NCBI GenBank assembly: GCA_030429765.1
Contig: JAUIER010000005.1
Span: 3,175 to 67,174, forward strand
DNA: 64,000 nt
DNA from: a bacterium
GTDB taxonomy: Bacteria > Omnitrophota > Gorgyraeia > Zapsychrales > Zapsychraceae
Reading direction: 5' to 3'
The notes below the pieces were generated by a model. The model had not been told where the DNA came from. It saw only the letters and a list, made by a program, of their open reading frames with translations, and searched no databases. A program made the translations under genes and the position numbers. This document shows positions 27,511-37,816 of the stretch, in pieces (within the stretch, counting starts at the first letter, position 1; each line of letters opens with the position of its first letter).

Positions 27511-27753
27511 ATGGCAATCAATTCTGAACTCGATAATCTACGATCCAAACTAGCGACCACTATCAGAAACCGAAGAAAAAAACTGAAGTTATCCCAAGAG
27601 GATATGGCTGAATTGGCCGAGATTGATAGAACATACGTAAGCAGGTTGGAGAATGGAAGGGTTGATATTAGCGTTGCCGTAGCTTTTAAGGTGGCCCTAG
27701 CCTTAAAAACCACACTCTCGCAAATCATTAAAGAAACTGAAAAATCTTTATAA
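27511..27753 (+). CDS. XRE HTH controller (C-protein-like)
   Basis: IRNRRKKLKLSQEDMAELAEIDRTYVSRLENG; DRTY recognition helix as in RM controller proteins. Confidence 0.88.
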   Translation: MAINSELDNLRSKLATTIRNRRKKLKLSQEDMAELAEIDRTYVSRLENGRVDISVAVAFKVALALKTTLSQIIKETEKSL

Positions 27754-27754
27754 T

Positions 27755-29014
27755 TCAATTTCGTTCAAATACCACATCCAAAAACGGCACCAATGCTCTG
27801 GCTGATTCTTGCAACACCCTAATGGCTTGCTCAGTTTTCACAACTTTAGATCTACCTAGCCTAATTTCCACACCTATCTGCATTTGTAAATTTGACTTCT
27901 TATTCTTCATTGCACTATAAGTTGCTGAAATCCATTCCGGCTGGTATTTCTCCTTACCTTTACTCTTGGCTATAGTTCGCAAATCATAATTTAATACAGC
28001 GTCCACAATCCCCGAGTGACTCTGACTCAAATAATGACGTTGCAATAACTTGATAGTCGGCTTTAGAGCTTCATCCATATCAATTGACTTACTCATCCTA
28101 TTTGAAACCAACGTTATTAAATTATGAAATTCATCAAAATTGAGATTAAAAATCCTATTTCTATATTCGGTATTTAGACGATGTGGCAACGTTAACATCA
28201 TTTCAACTCGATCAAACATTATCCCAAAGGTTAAATGAGGATGCCTCGTAAAGTCCATTGTGGCCTTAGACTCCCTGAACCTTAAGAAATCCCATACGAC
28301 AGTTCCTTTTGTTCCTTTAATGGCTCCTCGTCCTGGTAATCTGGGATCAACCCCCAATTCTTTAATCAGCTTTCTATTTTGCTTAAACTCCGCTATTAGT
28401 AGCCTCAGCAATCTTTTAGCCTCTATATATGAATATGGATTGTCAGCATCAAAGGGGATACCCGAGAATTTCGTTAATGCTCCAGCCTTTAAATATTCGT
28501 CTTGTACCATGCGAGCCTCCAAAACTTCGAAATACTTAGTAAATAAATTGGGCCAAACTGAACGATTGGACTGCCGAATACCCCACTCATAAATCTCTCG
28601 CCAAGTCTTCTTATGCACATATTTGGGCAAAGATTTTGTCTCAAATTCTGCGGTAATAACAAGCAAACTCGGATTCTGATACCCTCGCTTGACTATCGTG
28701 CTATAGTGGCGCTTAAGCTGATTAATAGATAACTGACTTGCAACTTTGCTTTCAATGACAAGCATCCATCCATTATCATCAAATATGCAAGCATCCGGCA
28801 AACCCTTTCGTTCTGCCTCTTTCTCTTCAATCACTCCATGCCCCGGAAGGGACTGCTCAATTACGTTTAACTTATTTCGTTTTGTACACTTCTTACCAAC
28901 CGACCATCTCAAAAATTCTATTAGCAAATTGGTGTCTTGTGAAAGGCTTGATACGAGGGAATGTGTGAGTTTGTTTTCTGGCTGGCTGTATTGGTCAAAG
29001 ATATTACGCATCAA
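27755..29014 (-). CDS. PD-(D/E)XK nuclease with an uncharacterised C-terminal domain
   Basis: ENKLTHSL, LPDACI....LVIESKV.....QLKRH motifs. Confidence 0.75.
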   Translation of the reverse strand: MMRNIFDQYSQPENKLTHSLVSSLSQDTNLLIEFLRWSVGKKCTKRNKLNVIEQSLPGHGVIEEKEAERKGLPDACIFDDNGWMLVIESKVASQLSINQLKRHYSTIVKRGYQNPSLLVITAEFETKSLPKYVHKKTWREIYEWGIRQSNRSVWPNLFTKYFEVLEARMVQDEYLKAGALTKFSGIPFDADNPYSYIEAKRLLRLLIAEFKQNRKLIKELGVDPRLPGRGAIKGTKGTVVWDFLRFRESKATMDFTRHPHLTFGIMFDRVEMMLTLPHRLNTEYRNRIFNLNFDEFHNLITLVSNRMSKSIDMDEALKPTIKLLQRHYLSQSHSGIVDAVLNYDLRTIAKSKGKEKYQPEWISATYSAMKNKKSNLQMQIGVEIRLGRSKVVKTEQAIRVLQESARALVPFLDVVFERN

Positions 29015-29034
29015 AACCTTTCAATTTATTATTT

Positions 29035-32000
29035 TTATCTATTTTGATACTTCGCATCGCGATTATCGAATGCTGGTCGCGTTCCTTCCAAAACATCCAC
29101 AACATATGAGTTCATTTGCGGTGACTCAATTGCCCCTCCAAGATAATTAACTTTATAACTGTTTTTTCGATCAATTTCACAATAAATTATTTGCTCGGCA
29201 TCGCAAGCGACAGCAATATTAGGATGATGCGTAACCATAATTATCTGTCTCCGCCGTTTTACATCCTTTATAACCGGCTTAAGCAAAGTATAGACAGTTT
29301 GGCTGTCTAAGTTCTCTTCTGGTTGATCAACAATAATTGGATATTCACTCTTATCAACCAACAAATAAAATATAAGCAACAACGTACCTCTCTCACCGGG
29401 TGAAAGCTGAGTCAAATATTTATCATCAAGCTTTAAGGCATATTGAGGTTTAAGATAATCGAATGACCAAATAAAATCATAAACACCTTGTACTAAAACA
29501 TCCTTTCTCAATTGATCTTCAACACGCATAAACGGTTGTTTTTCATCTCTCAGATTTTGTTTTAGACTTTTTGTTATTTCTTCAGCAAAAACGATAACCT
29601 CATCAATTTTTCCAAAGTCTACACCTTCTATTAGCCGTTCTAATCTATCACTACCTTCAACCTTTCCCATGAAGGTTCCTGTCTTTCCTTGACTTATATA
29701 ATTCCCAAAGAATACAGATATAAAATTGGCTATCATTATACTGCTGTCAAAACTCAACCCAAGTTCATCTTTTATCAGCGCATTGTTGGCAATAAGGTCT
29801 TGAACAGGTTTAAATAATTGATTGTAAATTTGCCGAATAGCTTCAATTTGAGCAAATAAATTTCTTGCTTGCTCACTTCGCTTGATCTCTAATTCCTTTA
29901 ACTTATTGGGCAAATCATTTTTAATAGCCCTAATTTGTTCTTCAACATATTTAAGCGTTCCTGATATTTTTTTATCACCCTCAATTTTATTAAGTATTTT
30001 CTCCCATTCCCGTAAATCCTTAAGATAGGCTTGATATTTTTTATTTGGGGCATCTAGTGTTTCTTGTAGTTTTTCCGCATTCTCTGCCAGTTGTTGCTTT
30101 TTCATTACCAAACTTCTAGTGCCGGATTCACTTAAATATTCACCAGCCTTTATTTCTTGCCTGCTGAGACGACCTATCTTATTCTCTAAACTGCTTAAAT
30201 TTAATGTCAGACTTATAGTTGATGGTATATTCAAACTCAGTATTCTGAAATCATCAGCTGTATCATCTTTTAACTGTTCAAAGGATTTCTCAAAACCCTC
30301 AAGTTTTGTCCTAAGTTTTCGAGCCAACGCAATTCGTTCAGTGACAGCTTTCTTATAATTTACTGCAGATTCAATTCTATTTTCAAGCAACTCAATTTGG
30401 GTTTGTACTGCCTTGATCTGCTTATTTACAGCATCTATCTTTTTCTGCTCCTCTTTTGTTGGTTCACTAGGCTTAGACACCTCTTTAGGTTTGCCTTTCT
30501 TATGCGCAGAAATCTTTTGCTCTAATTCCTTTTTTTCGGATAGTAATTTTGTAAGAGTTTCTGGAGTTAATTGAATCTCGACACCAATAATTTCCGTGTT
30601 AATACGCGAAATCTGACTTCGAAAGCTGTCTAATTGCTGCTCTAATTCTTCACTATGATAGTGTATTAAATCCTCTAGACTATTGTGCCCAAGCCTGTTG
30701 TCTTCTGGTATATGAGAGAAGATTATACTGCGAAGTTCTTTCTGAAATTCATCAGAACTAGTTTCTGTGCAAATTGAGTCGAGATACGTTTGAGGAATAT
30801 ACTTTACTTTTTCAATCTTATTTAAGTCAGGATCTTGATCGAGCTGTATAGAATCTTTCGATCCATCAGCCCATGTCACTTCAGCAATAAAATTCGAAGC
30901 AAATTTCCCATTTTTCTCTCTAAACCTCTTACTAGTCAAAAAAGAAAAATATTTAGGTAGGCAATGAGTATTGCAAGCGGTTGCCATTATATCGGTCAAT
31001 GCGCTTTTTCCCTCTCCTTTATTTCCTATGATAGCAACCATATCAAAGTTTAATGGTATATCATTATCAAACCATTCTCTTGCCCCAGAGATAGTACCGA
31101 CTTTACTAATATTTATATGCGACAAATAATTAGTGCTATTGTTAGTTACCGTCTTAATTTTATCAGGCGTATCACATATATTGATGCGATCTTCTGGCTC
31201 ATTACAAATTTGTTTTAATCCTTCAAAAGTGGGATCAGCCTTGATCCAACAAAACTTATTTACCGGTTTAGAGTTACTATCTTTAAGTTGACCTATTTCA
31301 TCATTTGAATCGTGAGAATCACTCCCCTTAATGCAGGGTAATTTCTTACCAAACCAATCTTTATACTGTTGTTCAGTAAATTTTTGATTCTTCCATAGAA
31401 AAAAATCAATCTGATTCTTATTTGAAGATCCAATAATATTTGCGTTATTAATCAACCTTTGCTTAAAAAGTCTATCATTAACTGGATCAACCTCATCAGC
31501 ACCCCCATACTCATCGTAAGGAAGCCAAATTAAAAAACTATTACGTAAAGTTTTTTCACTTTTTAATTCATTGATTGTTGCAAAATAATCTACAGCAGCA
31601 TCATTCAGAAGATATATTGAATCGTTATAATGTGAACTGATTTTTTCATCATTAACTTTAAAAGATTTTATAGCATTTTCTATATCATCTGGGCTTAAAC
31701 TATTATCGAAAATTATATGAAAGTTAATGCGTGTACCACTTTTTTGGCTATGCTTACTAATTACAATATTATTCATCCTACACTCAACAACCGGCAGTAA
31801 TATTTTAATACGTAGCTTTTCTAAAGCATCTCTATATGCTTGATTACCTTTGCTGGCTTCATCTGGATCATTAAGCCTTTTAAGGACTTCTTTATATCCC
31901 GTAACAGAGAAATAGTCATTTATTCCGATTACATCACAATCAGCATTGCCTAACTGTATTATGAATTGATTCCAGTCCCCCTTAAATCCTGAGGATGCCG

Positions 32001-32094
32001 GACTATGTACATGTAGATCCCACTTCCGCCAAATGGAACCTACCTGGTTTGTTGTATCATTCCGAAGTTCTGTTTTGATGATATTACCCTCCAA
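29035..32094 (-). CDS. PHP phosphoesterase fused to an SMC-like ABC ATPase (Ppl/TrlF-like defence protein)
   Basis: WRKWDLHVHSP, INDYF and GSDSH (PHP); IIGNKGEGKS, long coiled coil, LSPGERG, IVDQPEENLD and MVTH (ABC ATPase). Confidence 0.9.
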   Translation of the reverse strand: MEGNIIKTELRNDTTNQVGSIWRKWDLHVHSPASSGFKGDWNQFIIQLGNADCDVIGINDYFSVTGYKEVLKRLNDPDEASKGNQAYRDALEKLRIKILLPVVECRMNNIVISKHSQKSGTRINFHIIFDNSLSPDDIENAIKSFKVNDEKISSHYNDSIYLLNDAAVDYFATINELKSEKTLRNSFLIWLPYDEYGGADEVDPVNDRLFKQRLINNANIIGSSNKNQIDFFLWKNQKFTEQQYKDWFGKKLPCIKGSDSHDSNDEIGQLKDSNSKPVNKFCWIKADPTFEGLKQICNEPEDRINICDTPDKIKTVTNNSTNYLSHINISKVGTISGAREWFDNDIPLNFDMVAIIGNKGEGKSALTDIMATACNTHCLPKYFSFLTSKRFREKNGKFASNFIAEVTWADGSKDSIQLDQDPDLNKIEKVKYIPQTYLDSICTETSSDEFQKELRSIIFSHIPEDNRLGHNSLEDLIHYHSEELEQQLDSFRSQISRINTEIIGVEIQLTPETLTKLLSEKKELEQKISAHKKGKPKEVSKPSEPTKEEQKKIDAVNKQIKAVQTQIELLENRIESAVNYKKAVTERIALARKLRTKLEGFEKSFEQLKDDTADDFRILSLNIPSTISLTLNLSSLENKIGRLSRQEIKAGEYLSESGTRSLVMKKQQLAENAEKLQETLDAPNKKYQAYLKDLREWEKILNKIEGDKKISGTLKYVEEQIRAIKNDLPNKLKELEIKRSEQARNLFAQIEAIRQIYNQLFKPVQDLIANNALIKDELGLSFDSSIMIANFISVFFGNYISQGKTGTFMGKVEGSDRLERLIEGVDFGKIDEVIVFAEEITKSLKQNLRDEKQPFMRVEDQLRKDVLVQGVYDFIWSFDYLKPQYALKLDDKYLTQLSPGERGTLLLIFYLLVDKSEYPIIVDQPEENLDSQTVYTLLKPVIKDVKRRRQIIMVTHHPNIAVACDAEQIIYCEIDRKNSYKVNYLGGAIESPQMNSYVVDVLEGTRPAFDNRDAKYQNR

Positions 32095-32105
32095 TTTCTC
32101 TTAAA

Positions 32106-32136
32106 CAAAAAAACCTCCGCCAACGCTGGCAAAGGT
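32106..32136 (-). terminator. intrinsic terminator just upstream of the PHP-ATPase gene
   Basis: Minus-strand RNA ACCUUUGCCA-GCGU-UGGCGGAGGU followed by a U-run. Confidence 0.65.
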
Positions 32137-32260
32137 CTTAATTTTGATCGTATAGCGAATTTTTCCGTAAGATTTAACAACGCTAGCGTATGTAGATATT
32201 AGAGCAAATACGCCACCCAATGTCAATCGTTCGAAATCACTGACATTTCTCTACCATAGA

Positions 32261-32281
32261 TGTTACACATACGTTATCGCA
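32261..32281. repeat. putative integrase arm-type site (right end)
   Basis: TGTTACACATACGTTATCGCA, 20/21 identical to 760-780. Confidence 0.7.
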
Positions 32282-32302
32282 ACCCTATTTTGGATGGAAC
32301 TT

Positions 32303-32346
32303 AAAAAAATAACCCCCTGTAAGTGCTTGACCTACAAGGGGTTATT
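32303..32346 (-). terminator. element-supplied tRNA terminator
   Basis: AAATAACCCC...GGGGTTATTT hairpin, with a plus-strand A-run read as a U-tract on the minus strand, directly after the tRNA CCA. Confidence 0.65.
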
Positions 32347-32423
<77 letters not shown>

Positions 32424-32480
32424 ATCTTTATTTGATAGCCTGAGCGGAACGGACGATAACTTGCTTCCGCAACTTGTTTA

Positions 32481-32605
32481 AAATTCTAATATCGAATGTC
32501 GAAATCCGAAACAAATTATAAATTCGAATTTTAAAATCTCAAAATGTTTTGTTACATTCTAATTTCGACATTGTTTCGAACTTCGGTATTCGAAATTCGA
32601 TATTT
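32481..32605. repeat. heptamer-periodic long imperfect palindrome (MITE-like intergenic element)
   Basis: Left arm AATATCGAATGTCGAAATCCGAAACAA is complementary to TTGTTTCGAACTTCGGTATTCGAAATTCGATATTT; 7-bp CGAA periodicity. Confidence 0.65.
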
Positions 32606-32610
32606 ACCAA

Positions 32611-32895
32611 CTATTCCACTTCAGTATTCGCAAGTGGAACCTGCTCAATCCGGTAAATCACTTCTCCGTCGCGGACGATGCCCATTTTTTCGCGGGCGAC
32701 ACGCTCCAGGTAAACCGGATCTTCTTCGAGCTTTCGCTTTTCCTCCGCCAGCTCCAGATTCTTACGCGTGAGATCTTCAATATCGCGTTCGTACTGACGG
32801 TTTTTTTCAAGCAGCTGCTGCTTTTTGGAAAAGGCCGGTAAAAATACCAGGATTAATCCCACAACGACCAAAAGCAGCCAAATAATATTTTTCAT
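32611..32895 (-). CDS. ftsB: septum formation initiator FtsB/DivIC
   Basis: TM plus coiled coil plus YLERVAREKMGIVRDGEVIY; lies downstream of eno as commonly seen. Confidence 0.88.
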   Translation of the reverse strand: MKNIIWLLLVVVGLILVFLPAFSKKQQLLEKNRQYERDIEDLTRKNLELAEEKRKLEEDPVYLERVAREKMGIVRDGEVIYRIEQVPLANTEVE

Positions 32896-32980
32896 GACTA
32901 GTAAATAATATTGAGTGGTTAGTGTGTAGTCGTGATTAGTGACTCAAAACTACCATCCTCTAACCTCTATTTACTACTCA

Positions 32981-34270
<1,290 letters not shown>

Positions 34271-34525
34271 TTAATAGAGATGATAGTTGTTGAAACTGTT
34301 GAACTAACCGTCATTACCGTATTTTGCGGCCCGATCAGTAATAAGCGCACAATTTAGCATAGTTCAATGGGGATGTCAAGGACGGTTGATAACTTTCTGT
34401 CCCTGTGTATCACACAGACGGTCGTAAGTACTAGTATATATATTGTTAATATAGCGTTTGCATATATTTGTGGTATACTTGGGAAAACAAACAAACTGCA
34501 AGAAAGGTGTTTGCCTCTACTTATT

Positions 34526-37500
34526 ATGAAAAAAAATCCTGTAATTATCTACCTTCGGCTTCACTGGGCCAAACTTCTTCTTATCTTCTTCGCCGCATCC
34601 TTCGTATTTATACTTGTATCGTTGATGTGGTTCGGATTCAGCGGTTATATCGAGCTTGAATCATTTTCCCAACGTCAAATGAAAACCCAGATGGGAATGT
34701 ACATTATGATGGGGATTGTTCAGGCAATCGTCTTCGTAGCCGCTCTGGGAGCCCTTCATTACTACCAAATGAATGGCATGCTGAAGAATTTAGGAAAAGA
34801 TTCCGCTATGGAGGTAAAACCCAACATCAAGTGGGATGATGTGGTGGGTATGGAGTACGCCAAACGCGATGCCTGGGAAATTGTAGAGTTTCTCCGCGAT
34901 CAAAAGAAAATCAAAAGTATCGGTGGGAAGATCATTAAAGGTACGATGTTTCTGGGGCCTCCCGGATGTGGAAAAACGTACCTAGCCAAAGCCATTGCAA
35001 CAGAGGTCGACCTGCCCTTTCTGTCTGCCGTGGGAAGCGACTTTGTCGGCATGCTCGTGGGGCAAGGTGCTGCCAGAATGAAAGGCCTTTTCAAGAAAGC
35101 ACGGAAACTAGCAAAGATATACGGCGGGGTTATTATCTTCTTTGATGAAATTGATTCGTTCGCCACACACCGTAGAGCCGATACAGGTCTTGGCGGAGGA
35201 CAAACCAGCCACAATGCAACGATTAACCAATTTCTGACGGAATTGGACGGCCTCCGAAAAACCGAAAACAACATTGTTGTCTTTGCGGCCACCAACTCTG
35301 GCGAAGAAGAACTTGATGCGGCCATTATGCGTTCAGGACGTTTTGACCGGAAAATCCAAGTTGATTATCCTGGAACCAGAGATCGAGAGGGTCTTGTTAA
35401 GTTTTACCTCAACAAAATTCAGCACGATAGCTCCTGCAATCCTACCATCTTAGCCAAACAAACGATATGGTTTTCCCCCGCGGATATCGACAACCTTGTT
35501 CGTGAAGCAGCCATTTTTGCTCAAAGAGAAAAACGCGAAGTAGTTTCACAAAAAGATCTAACCAAAGCGAAAGACCATATTATCAAGATCCTAAGTAAAT
35601 CTGGCACCCGAAACATCGCTTTCGCCCAAAAACAAGTACATTGGGATGAAATCATCGGAATGGATGAAGTTAAAAAGGAAGTTTGGGACATCATCACTCG
35701 GATGAGAAATTATAGAAAATCTGATACACATACCCGCTTAGCCAAGGCATACCTGCTTTTGGGACCTCCAGGCACCGGAAAAACTCATTTTGTTCATGCC
35801 ATCTCGACGGAAACCATGTATCCCATCATTCCACTTAATCCTGCAGATTTGTATGCCATGGATTGGCACAGGGCCATCGGAAAAGTCAAAAGAACCTTTG
35901 AGGAAGCCAAGGCTCTGAACCGTACAGAGAATGGGTGTATCTTGTACATCGACAATATCGACAGTCTCGTTTGGAGCGATCGGGACGTCAGCTCTAATTT
36001 GTTACAAAATATATTCATGAGTGAATTGGATCAAATACTCACAGGAGACAATAACATTTTTGTATTTGGCGAGTCTACGGAACAAGAGGACGACTTGAGT
36101 GACCAGCTTACAAAAGTAAGCCGATTCAGCCAAAAAATATTCTTCTATCGCCCCGGTTCAGAAGATCGAGGCCGCCTCCTCAACAAATTCTTACACAAAA
36201 AAGCATTCGCGAAAGATATCGAAATTGAGGAAATCGTGCGAAGAACTATGTGGTTTTCCATTGTCGATCTAAAAAGCATGATCACCGAAGCGCAATTACT
36301 ATCTGACAAGGACGATGGCATCATCAGAAAAAATCACTTTGAAAAAGCCATCGAAAAGACAATTAATATTATTGAAAAAGCCAGCGGGTCCTTCTTAATG
36401 GCAACCCGTGTTGATGTACAGTGGAAAAATGTCATTGGAATGGACACGGCCAAGAAAGACGCCTGGGAAATTGTGGAGCTACTCCGTGATCAAAAACTTT
36501 TAAAACTCATTGGTGGAAAAATCATCAAAGGTACCCTAATGACTGGCCCCCCTGGCTGTGGTAAAACTTATCTTGCTAAGGCCATAGCTACAGAAGCTCA
36601 ATTACCCTTCCTAGCCGTTTCAGGAAGTGAGTTTGTTGGGATTTATGTTGGGACGGGCGCCGCACGTATGAAAAAGCTTTTTGCCGAAGCTCGCGCACTA
36701 GCCAGAGCTGAAAAAGGCTGCATCATCTTCATCGATGAGATCGATGCGTTTGCTAGACATCGCCAAGGACTCACGGGTGGCGGAGCTGGAATGAGTCATA
36801 ATGCAACGATCAACCAGTTTTTAACGGAATTGGATGGCCTTAGAAAGGCTGAAAACAACATCGTATGTCTGGCGGCTACTAATGCTTCGGAAGCCGACCT
36901 AGATTCCGCTATTACACGATCAGGTCGATTTGAACGAGTAATAGAAGTTTCTTATCCTAATCTTAAAGAACGTAAAGATCTCCTTGAATTCTATATCCAA
37001 AAAGTCAAATACGAAGAGGACATCAACCTCGGACAACTGGCACGCCGGATTTTATGGTTTACCCCGGCCAACATCGACCAGCTCATTCGAGAAGCCGGAC
37101 TTCTGGCTCTGAGGGATAAACGCGAAAAAATCACGGCAAAGGATCTGTCACAAGCCTATGATAAAATCGAATACGGAAATAAATCCAATCTCATACAGAC
37201 CCCGGAACAGCTTGAATGGACAGCATATCACGAGGCTGCGCATGCTATTGTTGGGTATATCCTGCATCCGAGTCACGATGTGGTTAAGGCCACCATCATT
37301 CCGCGTGCCGGTTCACTTGGCTTTGTAGCACCTAGACCCCGCTATGAAGAATATTGCAAGAATCGTGAGTGGTTCTTAGCCAAAATCAAAACGTTTGTAG
37401 CCAGTTATGCAGGAGAAATGATCAAGTATGGATCCACCAGCAGTGGCGTAGGTGGCGGCCCAGGATCCGACTTTTATGTTGCTTTATCCTTCGCTAAAAC

Positions 37501-37816
37501 AATGGTATGGCGATACGGAATGGGTAAATCCGGCCTGATTGGAGATTTTATGGCCTTTACAAGATACTATGCAAACGAGACATACTTATCTGAAAAGACT
37601 CGCGAAACACTCGACGATGATGTTCAGTTGATATTACAAGAATGTTTGAAGGAATGTTATGACTTATTAAATGAACATCGAGAACTTTTTGAGTATTTCG
37701 CCCAGGAACTCCTTGCCAAGCAAGAACTTGAGTATGATGAAATCGAAGCTATCTTTAAAAAATTCAACGTCAAACCAAAAACTCGCCCTCCCATCCTAGA
37801 CGAAATAGATGAGTAA
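34526..37816 (+). CDS. FtsH-like membrane M41 metalloprotease with three tandem AAA domains
   Basis: Two N-terminal TMs; Walker A motifs GPPGCGKT, GPPGTGKT, GPPGCGKT; AYHEAAH zinc motif with downstream GSD; ORF-track start 34367 probably too early. Confidence 0.9.
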   Translation: MKKNPVIIYLRLHWAKLLLIFFAASFVFILVSLMWFGFSGYIELESFSQRQMKTQMGMYIMMGIVQAIVFVAALGALHYYQMNGMLKNLGKDSAMEVKPNIKWDDVVGMEYAKRDAWEIVEFLRDQKKIKSIGGKIIKGTMFLGPPGCGKTYLAKAIATEVDLPFLSAVGSDFVGMLVGQGAARMKGLFKKARKLAKIYGGVIIFFDEIDSFATHRRADTGLGGGQTSHNATINQFLTELDGLRKTENNIVVFAATNSGEEELDAAIMRSGRFDRKIQVDYPGTRDREGLVKFYLNKIQHDSSCNPTILAKQTIWFSPADIDNLVREAAIFAQREKREVVSQKDLTKAKDHIIKILSKSGTRNIAFAQKQVHWDEIIGMDEVKKEVWDIITRMRNYRKSDTHTRLAKAYLLLGPPGTGKTHFVHAISTETMYPIIPLNPADLYAMDWHRAIGKVKRTFEEAKALNRTENGCILYIDNIDSLVWSDRDVSSNLLQNIFMSELDQILTGDNNIFVFGESTEQEDDLSDQLTKVSRFSQKIFFYRPGSEDRGRLLNKFLHKKAFAKDIEIEEIVRRTMWFSIVDLKSMITEAQLLSDKDDGIIRKNHFEKAIEKTINIIEKASGSFLMATRVDVQWKNVIGMDTAKKDAWEIVELLRDQKLLKLIGGKIIKGTLMTGPPGCGKTYLAKAIATEAQLPFLAVSGSEFVGIYVGTGAARMKKLFAEARALARAEKGCIIFIDEIDAFARHRQGLTGGGAGMSHNATINQFLTELDGLRKAENNIVCLAATNASEADLDSAITRSGRFERVIEVSYPNLKERKDLLEFYIQKVKYEEDINLGQLARRILWFTPANIDQLIREAGLLALRDKREKITAKDLSQAYDKIEYGNKSNLIQTPEQLEWTAYHEAAHAIVGYILHPSHDVVKATIIPRAGSLGFVAPRPRYEEYCKNREWFLAKIKTFVASYAGEMIKYGSTSSGVGGGPGSDFYVALSFAKTMVWRYGMGKSGLIGDFMAFTRYYANETYLSEKTRETLDDDVQLILQECLKECYDLLNEHRELFEYFAQELLAKQELEYDEIEAIFKKFNVKPKTRPPILDEIDE

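Noticed and set aside
27501-27758. 85-aa minus-strand ORF
   Set aside because: Antisense shadow of the C-protein gene, which has the clear HTH and operator
26898-29014. Complete type II restriction-modification system
   Set aside because: No protein with DNA methyltransferase motifs was found in the element
34367-34525. 53-aa N-terminal extension of the triple-AAA protease
   Set aside because: AT-rich, promoter-like sequence; ATG at 34526 gives a typical basic N-terminus before TM1
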